From: Macrostomum lignano
Lineage: Eukaryota
DNA: 29,899 nt
Direction of reading: 5' to 3'
Assembly: GCA_002269645.1 (NCBI GenBank)
Contig: NIVC01004236.1
Location: 1-29,899, forward strand
Under the pieces are notes generated by a model. It saw only the letters and a program-made list of their open reading frames with translations. It was not told the DNA's origin and ran no database searches. A program made the translations under genes and the position numbers. Position 1 is the first letter of the stretch. Each line of letters opens with the position of its first letter. This document shows positions 20,918 through 29,899 of this stretch, in pieces.

Positions 20918-21810
20918 TGACACAAACAAACAATCGATTGACACAAACCATTACTCTTAATAACACAAATCATTACTCTACTGACACAAATCAATACTTT
21001 ACTGACATAAATCATTACTTTACTGACACAAATCATTACTTTACTGACACAAATCATTACTTTACTGACATAAATCATTACTTTACTGACATAAATCATT
21101 ACTTTACTGACAAAAATCAATACTTTACTGACAAAAATCATTACTTTACTGACACAAATCATTACTTTACTGACACAAATCAATACTTTACTGACATAAA
21201 TCATTACTTTACTGACAAAAATCAATACTTTACTGACACAAATCATTACTTTACTGACACAAATCAATACTTTACTGACATAAATCATTACTTTACTGAC
21301 ACAAATCATTACTTTACTGACACAAATCAATACTTTACTGACATAAATCATTACTTTACTGACAAAAATCATTACTTTACTGACACAAATCATTACTTTA
21401 CTGACACAAATCAATACTTTACTGACATAAATCATTACTTTACTGACACAAATCATTACTTTACTGACACAAATCATTACTTTACTGACACAAATCATTA
21501 CTTTACTAACACAAATCATAAACCTACTGACACAAATCATTAATTTACTGACACAAATCATTACTTTACTGACACAAATCATTACTTTACTAACACAAAT
21601 CATAAACCTACTGACACAAATCATTAATTTACTGACACAATTCATAAACCTACTGACACAAATCATTAATTTACTGACACAATTCATAAACCTACTGACA
21701 CAAACCATTACTCTACTGACACAAATCATTACTCTACTGACACAAATCATTACTTTACTGACATAAATCATTAATGTACTGACACAAGTTATTAATCTAC
21801 TGACACAAAT
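20918..21810. repeat. 21-bp AT-rich minisatellite ACACAAATCATTACTTTACTG
   Basis: About 40 copies; source of the VSKVMIC and TDTNHYF artefact ORFs. Confidence 0.97.
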
Positions 21811-21893
21811 TTTAAATCTGCTCGCACAATATAAGAAGAGGTCAATCCCACATAAGCAAGACAACAACAGTATCCACTAGTTAAAGCACTCAC

Positions 21894-22337
21894 CGGTGTC
21901 CCAAAACGAACTCTCTATCATAGCGATACCTCAGCTGGTGCAGCAGGTGTTCCGGGCTGAAATATTTCACCCCAAAATCTTCATCGGGGGCAGCTGCGCC
22001 TCTGGCCGACATTCGCCATACCAGCAACCGGTAATGATTGCGAAGCCAAGCCTCTGTGAGAGCCGGGGCTCGAATCCCAGGCTGAGAGCGCAACTTCGTG
22101 AGCAGCTCCGACCAACCCGTGCCGTCAGAGAAACGAAAATCGCCGGCCAATTCGAAGTCCATGGTCGGCTGGAGACCGGCGGAGTCGGGAATCGGGGAGG
22201 CAGACAGGCTGACTCGCTCGCCCGATGCGGCAAGGCGGAGTCTGGCCAGGCTGAGTTCGCCCAGGCCCTTCTCCGTGGCCTGCTGAGGGGGCGCAAAAAC
22301 ATGATTGAACTGCATTCACCTTTGACGGACGTCTGCG
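21894..22337 (-). CDS. BRCA2: BRCA2 exon: helical domain (5' end contains a TGA at 22318-22316 or a compensating indel pair)
   Basis: GELSLARL..ERVSL..SQPGIRAPALTEAWLRNHYRLLVWRMSA..YFSPEHLLHQLRYRYDREF resembles human [58 protein letters not shown]. Donor CG/GTGAGT at 21893. Confidence 0.93.
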
Positions 22338-22339
22338 CT

Positions 22340-22632
22340 GGATCTGGGAGGCTGGTGGGCCATCATCTGAGGATCTGGGAGGCTGGCCCAGCAACTGGAG
22401 GGATCTGAGAATGGAGGCCCAGCAACTGGAGGGATCTGAGAATGGAGGCCCAGCAACTGGAGGGATCTGAGAATGGAGGCCCAGCAACTGGGGATCTGAG
22501 AATGGGGGCCTAGCAACTGGGGATCTGAGAATGGGGGCCTAGCAACTGGGGATCTGAGAATGGGGGCCCAGCAACTGGGGACCTGAGAATGGAGGCCCAG
22601 CAATTGGGGATCTGAGAATGGAGGCCCAGCAA
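22340..22632. repeat. ~30-bp minisatellite GGATCTGAGAATGG(A/G)GGCCCAGCAACTG(G) in BRCA2 intron
   Basis: About 10 copies; variant of the GGATCTG...CAGCAACT family. Confidence 0.93.
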
Positions 22633-22664
22633 CACAGAATCTGTAACCCGCAGTTCACACAAAC

Positions 22665-24084
22665 CGCAGCAGCAGTCGAGCAGTCGGAGTCTGCGGCTGC
22701 AACTGTCGCCGAGGAGCAGCGGCAGGCGAGGGCGCGGGCTTGAACCGGTAGAACGCACCCTTAGTAGCCGGAGTCGCCGAAGACGCCGAAGCAGCCCCAC
22801 CTACTGGCGTGTTCAGCCGAGGCGTCCGATGCTGCACCAGCATGGGGTGGTCCGTGGCCTCGGCATCTGCTGTCTGGGAGTGGACATGGAATTCGGAGTC
22901 TGCGGACTTGGTTGAGCAGCTTTGGTCGAAGGATTTGCCGGAGCGGAATCCTCATTCTCAGCGGCCGCAGCCAGGGCTTTGGCCCGAGCCATGGCGCTGG
23001 CCGAGACCTGCACAGCCCGACCGCCCGCTGTGGAGAAGCCGCCGCCAGCCCCGCCACTAGAAGTACTTGGAGCTGTGGCAGCCGAGCTGCATCTGGGACT
23101 GTCTTTATCGGCTTCATCAAGCAGTTTCTGCGCTCGCTTTAACGCCGAAGCTGAAACGCCAACCGAACGACCGCCTGCGGTGGAGAAGCCGGCCGGACCC
23201 TGATTGACAGGCCTGTTGTTACTAACGGGTTCCAGTTCCGCGTCCTCGGCTAGCTGCCGCGCCTTACGCAGAGCGGACGTCGATACTTGCAAAGATTTAC
23301 CACCGGCGGTTGAAAACCCGCCCTTCATATCGACGCTTTCTGGCGACAATTTCCTACCAGATTCGGCAAGATTCTCGTTGCTCCGATGGTTGGCCGCCTC
23401 ATCCTCCAATTGTTTGGCTTTTCGCATGGCCTCAGCTGAGAAGCTGACCAATCTGCCTGAGGCTGTACAGAACCCAGCAGGATTTTTCAAAGCACTGTTC
23501 ACACCGCTGGAAGGTTTACCAATGTTACTTCGCAGCCAGCTAGTGTCCTCGTCTTCCTCTTCGAGGTCTTTGTCTCTAAGATCTTTATCCGTTAGGTCTT
23601 TGTCCCTGTCCAGCCTAGCTGCACTTTCAGCCAGCACATTCTGTGTAAAGTTCAAGCTGCAGTCGGCTAGAAGAGCCTCGACGCCTTCTTTCACGTCGCG
23701 AATTTGCGTAGCAGTCAAATCGCCGTAATCCATTTCGCCTACTGAGTTCGAGTCGGTTGCTGCTGGCTTATTTTGTGCTTCGTCTGTCAGCCGGACAGGT
23801 GGAACTGGGTCAGGACAGTTGCTACGCGGCTCTGGTGGGCTGGTGCGCCGCCTGGATGCAATCCGACAGTCCAAAGCCTCGCGAGCTTCCGCGGTGACAA
23901 TGGCGACATCTTGGCGCGTCTCGGCGTCAGTAGGATAAACCAGAGGCACCGACCAGTGGGCCAAGAGTTTCAGAAGGTCTCGATGCGGCCGCAACGATGG
24001 AATGTTGTCCAGATAGAATGGCTGCGGGAGAATGCACTTTGCTACTGTTACTCCAGTTGGCATTTGTACCCCGGCGCCTGAATA
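22665..24084 (-). CDS. BRCA2: BRCA2 large exon with four BRC repeats (apparent -1 shift at G4 22844-22847)
   Basis: Most of track ORF 22813-24225. The true 5' end is at TGCTCAG/TAT (24084) after a 71-nt intron; after the shift the frame continues ..KGAFYRFKPAPSP..ARLLLR to the donor at 22664. Confidence 0.88.
22960..23480 (-). other. BRCA2: Four BRC (RAD51-binding) repeats
   Basis: GFCTASGRLVSFSAEAMRKAKQLEDE; GFSTAGGKSLQVSTSALRKARQLAED; GFSTAGGRSVGVSASALKRAQKLLDE; GFSTAGGRAVQVSASAMARAKALAAA, versus the consensus FxTASGKxVxVSxxSLxKAxxLFxE. Confidence 0.95.
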
Positions 24085-24155
24085 CTGAGCACACAAGCGA
24101 GCCAATACAGTTCTGCAGGCACTCATGCACACGCTCACACAGGGTGTACACGAAC

Positions 24156-24358
24156 CTCGAAAGCTACGGTGGTCTCGGCAGCAGCAGCAGCTGTGGCAGT
24201 GGCGGGCCGTAGCGCTGGATCGCAACAGTCCAGATCGTCATCAAGCGAGGCAGCGCACTGCTGATTGACAGCTGCTGCTGATGTTGCTGCTGGAGCAGCT
24301 GCTGATGTTGCTGCTGGAGCAGCTGCAGCTGTCGGCTCAGGGGTTGCCGGCTTTGAGA
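24156..24358 (-). CDS. BRCA2: BRCA2 exon, Ala-rich low complexity
   Basis: CCCGCAG acceptor; SKPATPEPTAAAAPAATS..DDDLDCCDPALRP..ETTVAFE; GAG/GTTCGT donor; 203 nt with phases 1 to 0 fitting its neighbours. Confidence 0.7.
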
Positions 24359-24388
24359 CTGCGGGATGGAGAGATTTTTATCAACATG

Positions 24389-25885
24389 AGATCTGGTAAG
24401 CTTGCCTAGCAACTGAGGATCTGGTAAGCTTGCCTAGCAACTGAGGATCTGGTAAGCTTGCCTAGAAACTGAGGATCTGGTAAGCTTGCCTAGCAACTGA
24501 GGATCTGGTAAGCTTGCCTAGCAACTGAGGATCTGGTAAGCTTGCCTAGCAACTGAGGATCTGGTAAGCTTGCCTAGCAATTGAGGATCTGGTAAGCTTG
24601 CCTAGCAACTGAGGATCTGGTAAGCTTGCCTAGCAACTGAGGATCTGGTAAGCTTGCCTAGCAATTGAGGATCTGGTAAGCTTGCCTAGCAACTGAGGAT
24701 CTGGTAAGCTTGCCTAGCAACTGAGGATCTGGTAAGCTTGCCTAGCAACTGAGGATCTGGTAAGCTTGCCTAGCAACTGAGGATCTGGTAAGCCTGCCTA
24801 GCAACTGAGGATCTGGTAAGCTTGCCTAGCAACTGAGGATCTGGTAAGCTTGCCTAGCAACTGAGGATCTGGTAAGCTTGCCTAGCAACTGGGGATCTGG
24901 TAAGCTTGTCTAGCAACTTAGGATGTGGTAAGCTTGCCTAGCAACTGAGGATCTGGTAAGCTTGTCTAGCAACTGAGTATCTGGTAAGCTTGCCTAGCAA
25001 CTGAGGATCTGGTAAGCTTGCCTAGCAACTGAGGATCTGGTAAGCTTGCCTAGCAACTGAGGATCTGGGAGGCTGGGTCAGCAACTTAGGATCTGGTAAG
25101 CTTGCCTAGCAACTGAGGATCTGGTAAGCTTGCCTAGCAACTGAGGATCTGGTAAGCTTGCCTAGCAACTGAGGATCTGGTAAGCTTGCCTAGCAATTGA
25201 GGATCTGGTAAGCTTGCCTAGCAACTGAGGATCTGGTAAGCTTGCCTAGCAACTGAGGATCTGGTAAGCTTGCCTAGCAACTGAGGATCTGGTAAGCTTG
25301 CCTAGCAATTGAGGATCTGGTAAGCTTGCCTAGCAACTGAGGATCTGGTAAGCTTGCCTAGCAACTGAGGATCTGGTAAGCTTGCCTAGCAATTGAGGAT
25401 CTGGTAAGCTTGCCTAGCAACTGAGGATCTGGTAAGCTTGCCTAGCAACTGAGGATCTGGTAAGCTTGCCTAGCAACTGAGGATCTGGTAAGCCTGCCTA
25501 GCAACTGAGGATCTGGTAAGCTTGCCTAGCAACTGAGGATCTGGTAAGCTTGCCTAGCAACTGAGGATCTGGTAAGCTTGCCTAGCAACTGGGGATCTGG
25601 TAAGCTTGTCTAGCAACTTAGGATGTGGTAAGCTTGCCTAGCAACTGAGGATCTGGTAAGCTTGTCTAGCAACTGAGTATCTGGTAAGCTTGCCTAGCAA
25701 CTGAGGATCTGGTAAGCTTGCCTAGCAACTGAGGATCTGGTAAGCTTGCCTAGCAACTGAGGATCTGGGAGGCTGGGTCAGCAACTTAGGATCTGGTAAG
25801 CTTGCCTAGCAACTGAGGATCTGGTAAGCTTGCCTAGCAACTGAGGATCTGGTAAGCTTGCCTAGCAACTGAGGATCTGGGAGGC
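24389..25885. repeat. 28-bp minisatellite GAGGATCTGGTAAGCTTGCCTAGCAACT, ~53 copies, BRCA2 intron
   Basis: Direct reading; contains a 700-bp internal duplication. Confidence 0.98.
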
Positions 25886-26068
25886 TTAGCGGTCGCCCAG
25901 CAAATGAGGGTCCAGAAGGCTTCAATACTGAACTTGTAAACTACATTGTATGCATTAGAGACGTATTTTGCTAGAGGATTTGTTGATTTCTAGAAGGGTA
26001 AATGTAAAACCCTAAAGATGCTACTAACTTGACAAAGTAGTTCAGTAAGTTCGGTAAATCCCACTCAC

Positions 26069-26234
26069 GCGACTGAGCAATCTCGGGCGTGACCAACGCC
26101 AGAAGTCATTCTGCTGCCCAGCTGAGTCGCCGGTGTCGCCCAGGTCGTCCCGGTGCAAAACTGTCGTGTACGAATTCGATCAGACTGGCCACGCTGGCTT
26201 TCAATTCGACATTGTGCCCGATGGGTATCGACAT
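26069..26234 (-). CDS. BRCA2: Probable first coding exon of BRCA2 (compensating +1/-1 indels at ~26150 and ~26102)
   Basis: MSIPIGHNVELKASVASLIEFVHDSFAP[DDLGDTGDSAGQQNDF]LALVTPEIAQS; strong C/GTGAGT donor in phase 1 matching the next exon; echoes human MPIG..EIF..DLGPISLNWFEEL. Confidence 0.6.
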
Positions 26235-26734
26235 TCGATTGCTATTTAGTTGCTATGCACTATTTTTAGAGATCGGTACGGGTTAGTAGGCAGTCTGGTA
26301 CTTGTTAGAGATGGATTCTTGGTCGCTGAAAGTAGTATATAAGTACGATAAGTACACACGAGTGCCATTGAATTTCCTCAAAAAATATGACTGAAGATGT
26401 ATCCGTGAGGTAATTATGTTCTGATCTGAGTTGTGCTCGGTGTTTCAATTACTTTTCTGTTAATCCTGCATTGCATAAGTCATATTATCTACTCGTAGAT
26501 TGCTGCTATGCGAGTGCAAATAGACAGCTGAAGTCAATTAATGTCAGTTGTGCCAGACAACACTGTAGTGCATGGTAATAAACTTGCAGTCCCTTTCCCA
26601 ATAATTTAGCATTGTCGAAATCGTGAAGCTTTTTGAGCAAATTGGGCTAGTGACAGTGCCTAGGAAGATTTTTTGACGATGTTTATTATCGAACTCAAGA
26701 ATTTTTTAGCTTGTCAAGCATCGAGTTTGAGAAG

Positions 26735-27190
26735 TTTTGAGCTTGAGAATTTAGAGCTTGAGAAGGTTTTGAGCTTGATGAGTTTAGAGCTTGAGATGGT
26801 TTTGAGCTTGAGAAGGTTTTGAGCTTGAGAAGGTTTTGAGCTTGAGAAGGTTTTGAGCTTGAGAAGGTTTTGAGCTTGAGAAGGTTTTGAGCTTGAGAAG
26901 GTTTTGAGCTTGAGAAGGTTTTGAGCTTGAGAAGGTTTTGAGCTTGAGAAGGTTTTGAGCTTGAGAAGGTTTTGAGCTTGAGAAGGTTTTGAGCTTGAGA
27001 AGGTTTTGAGCTTGAGAAGGTTTTGAGCTTGAGAAGGTTTTGAGCTTGAGAAGGTTTTGAGCTTGAGAAGGTTTTGAGCTTGAGAAGGTTTTGAGCTTGA
27101 GAAGGTTTTGAGCTTGAGAAGGTTTTGAGCTTTAGAAGCTTCGAGCTTGAGAAGGTTTGAGCTCGAGAAGGTTTTGAGCTCGAGAAATTT
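26735..27190. repeat. 17-bp minisatellite GAGCTTGAGAAGGTTTT
   Basis: About 21 perfect copies with degenerate flanks. Confidence 0.96.
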
Positions 27191-27799
27191 AAAAACCCTT
27201 AAAATCGTTTAAATTTATTCATATCCTACACACCAGTTTTATTATAAAAATTTCAAAAATTTCATAAATAAATAAAAACGCTATGACAAAGCAGCGAACA
27301 AAAAAGAAGTTTTAAATCAGCGACAGAAACACAGTGCTTTATTCGCTACTTTATGTCAATAGACAATTAATTGACTGATTTGGTGTATTGATTGATTGAT
27401 TGATTTGCGCTAGACTTTGTCAGGCAAAATGAAGTGTAGCACTGCAGACACTGCAATAGTAAACATCGGTAGTATTGGAATGGATGCAGTATTCTTTGTA
27501 AAACTGTGAATAATTTTATTTTAATTTACCTGACTTTGAAGTTCATTTTTAGGACGGCAATAAATCATAAACTAGCAGCCAAGTCTCAGACAGGAGGGTG
27601 CTAATTAAATATGAAATACGCACGCGACCGGCACATTTTAAAAGCGAATTGAAAAGAGCATGCCGCTCTGTACTATGCAGCAGTTACTACTGAAATACTG
27701 AGGCGCTCAGTAAGTAGCATATGTACAGAGCAAAACGTTAATAAAAACTGCTATATTACAGCAGCAGCAGGAGCACTAACTTCTGATGCGATAAAGCCC

Positions 27800-28625
27800 A
27801 GGATCTGGGAGGCTGTTGGCCCAGCAACCGAGGATCTGGGAGCTGGTGGCCCAGCAACTGGGGATCTGGGAGGCTGGCCCAGCAACTGGGGATCTGGGAG
27901 GCTGGTGGCCCAGCAACTGGGGATCTGGGAGGCTGGCCCAGCAACTGGGGATCTGGGAGGCTGGTGGCCCAGCAACCGAGGATCTGGGAGGCTGGTGGCC
28001 CAGCAACTGGGGATCTGGGGGGCTGGTGGCCCAGCAACTGGTGATCTGGGAGGCTGGCCCAGCAACCGAGGATCTGGGAGGCTGGTGGCCCAGCAACTGG
28101 GGATCTGGAGACTGGCCCAGCAACTGAGGATCTGGGAGGCTGGTGGCCCAGCAACCGAGGATCTGGGAGGCTGGTGCCCAGCAACTGGGGATCTGGGAGG
28201 CTGGCCAGCAGACTGGGATCTGGGAGGCTGGTGGCCCAGCAACCGAGGATCTGGAGGCTGGTGGCCCAGCAACTGGGGATCTGGGGGCTGGTGGCCAGCA
28301 ACTGGTGATCTGGGAGGCTGGCCCAGCAACCGAGGATCTGGGAGGCTGGTGGCCCAGCAACTGGGGATCTGGGGGCTGGCCCAGCAACTGAGGATCTGGG
28401 AGGCTGGGAGGCTGGTGGCCAGCAACTGGGGATCTGGGAGGCTGGTGGCCCAGCAACTGAGGATCTGGGAGGCTGGCGGCTTAGCAACGACGAGGATCTG
28501 GAAGGCTGATGGCCCAGCAACTGGGGATCTGGGAGGCTGGCGGCTTAGCAACCGAGGATCTGGGAGGCTGGTAGCCCAGCAACTGGGGATCTGGGAGGCT
28601 GGCGGCTTAGCAACCGAGGATCTGG
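27800..28625. repeat. GGATCTGGGAGGCTGG(TGG)CCCAGCAACT minisatellite downstream of the CEP85-like stop codon
   Basis: About 28 copies of 27-30 bp; source of six artefact ORFs. Confidence 0.96.
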
Positions 28626-28698
28626 ATCCGAATTCGAATGTCTATTTTAGAATGGAGCAAAGCTGGAGTGAATATTTACACACGCAGCCGTTGCCCAG

Positions 28699-29137
28699 TT
28701 ACTGCACCAGGCAGCTCTGCAGCTGGCCGCTGAGCTGATCTGCATACCGGGCAGCCACAGCCCGTCTGGCCGCATCCAGCCTCCGCAAAGCTCGAACTCG
28801 CTCCATCTCGGCTAAAACAGCGGCAGTTCCAGCCTGAGCGTCGACCTGCTGCTGTTGTTGCTGTTGTTGTCGATCTTCGATCTCGTCAGCAGATTCGCAC
28901 TGCTTGCCACCTGCGACACCGTCCTCAGCAGAGCTGCCCAGGCAGGAACAGCAGGCCCAGGTCCGGCTCCCGACCGTCCGCTAGCTGGCTGCACAGTTCA
29001 ACAAAAACTTGTCAACTCGTCAACGGCTGAGCCTGTCTCGCGAGCCAGTCGTTGTCGGCTCGTCGCCAGCCAGCGTCGGTGAGCTGGTCGAGCCGATTGG
29101 CTTTGGCTCTGGCCGAGACCAGCTCAGATAGGAGCGA
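28699..29137 (-). CDS. CEP85: CEP85/CEP85L-like centrosomal protein, terminal exon (3 apparent indels at ~29024, ~29005, ~28940)
   Basis: Stitched ..AVDEL..FVELCSQLADGREPDLGLLFL...AEMERVRALRRLDAARRAVAARYADQLSGQLQSCLVQ* resembles the human CEP85 end as recalled (..[52 protein letters not shown]). Ends in CaaX. Confidence 0.75.
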
Positions 29138-29194
29138 CTAGCGCGGAGTCAAGGGGATTGATTATTAACAAAAGAGTCGATCCTATAACGCAGT

Positions 29195-29800
29195 GATACA
29201 GTTGGTCATATAAACAGTCATATTCGTTTATATGAACAGTCATGAATTCAGTCATAAAAACAGTCATAGAGTCGATCATCTAAAGAGTCATAAAGTCGGT
29301 CATATACATGTACACAGTCATAAATTCGGTCTTAAATACAGTCATAGAGTCGATCATCTAAAAGTCATGGAGTCAGTCATGCACACAGTTATAAAGTAGG
29401 TCATTTAAACAGTCATAGAGCTGGTCATATAAACAGTATTAGATTCGATCACAAACAGTCATAAAGTTGGTCATATAAACAGTCATGGATTCGGTTATCT
29501 AAATAGTCATGGAGTCGGTCATCTAAACAGTCATAAAATCAGTTTTTTAAGAAATAGAATCAGTCATAGGATCAGTCATAGAGTCAGTCATGGAATCAGT
29601 AATAGAGTTAGTCAAAGAATCAGTCGCAAATTCAGTCAATAATAAGTTATAAATTCCGTCATATAATCAGTCATGGAATCAGTCATGGAATCAGTCATGG
29701 AATCAGTCACAGAGTTAGTCATAGAGTCAGTCATGGAATCGTCCATAGAATCAGTCATGGAATCAGTCATAGAGTCAGTCATGGAACCAGAGTCTGTCAT
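29195..29800. repeat. 12-bp-based repeat CAGTCAT(A/G)GA(A/G)T, degenerate towards 29195
   Basis: Intronic in the CEP85-like gene; gives the MTDS artefact ORF. Confidence 0.88.
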
Positions 29801-29821
29801 AGTCTCATCCAGCTCTCCAAC

Positions 29822-29899
29822 CTGTTTCTCCGCCATGCAGTCCAGCAATTGGCGTTGCAATTTTCCCAGATCCCGTTGCAATTCCGATGTCGCGCCTCG
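29822..29899 (-). CDS. CEP85: CEP85-like penultimate exon, partial (coiled coil)
   Basis: RGATSELQRDLGKLQRQLLDCMAEKQ ends at CAG/GTTGGA in phase 0, matching the acceptor at 29137. Confidence 0.65.

Noticed and set aside
20899-21867. 322-aa hydrophobic VSKVMIC ORF and 201-aa TDTNHYF ORF
   Set aside because: 21-bp AT-rich repeat with no flanking non-repetitive coding sequence.
24085-24225. N-terminal Cys-rich part of track ORF 22813-24225 as BRCA2 sequence
   Set aside because: 24155-24085 is a 71-nt GT-AG intron; the upstream exon is in a different frame.
22316-29012. In-frame TGAs (22316, 26106, ~29010) as selenocysteine or a reassigned genetic code
   Set aside because: Other lesions need true frameshifts, compensating homopolymer indels explain these TGAs, and TGA serves as a normal stop for the NLR.
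29636-29821. MTDS tetrapeptide repeat extension
   Set aside because: Read-through past the CAG/GTTGG donor into a 12-bp intronic repeat.

Overview
Eukaryotic (invertebrate animal) genomic DNA with GC-rich exons and introns packed with minisatellites. The style resembles the flatworm Macrostomum, but that is inference only. Exons were joined by hand from GT-AG sites and reading phase. Minus strand: the 3' end of a CEP85/CEP85L-like gene (29899->28699), then a compact BRCA2 orthologue (ATG ~26234, running off the window start) with 4 BRC repeats, helical domain, OB1, tower and OB2. One BRCA2 intron of about 19.4 kb (21893->2503) contains two complete plus-strand genes. The first is a 3-exon, 1271-aa NLR with DZIP3-type HEPN-like, CARD, NACHT and LRR domains (3721-7690). 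The second is an unusually large, divergent G-alpha subunit (10333-20749, roughly 700+ aa) with an N-terminal extension, a roughly 200-aa helical-domain insert and non-canonical GTPase motifs. There are also four copies of a tRNA-derived CORE-type SINE and about 15 tandem-repeat arrays. BRCA2, CEP85 and one G-alpha exon carry single-base indels, mostly in homopolymers. These look like consensus errors, but gene decay cannot be excluded. Most long ORFs in the supplied track are repeat artefacts.
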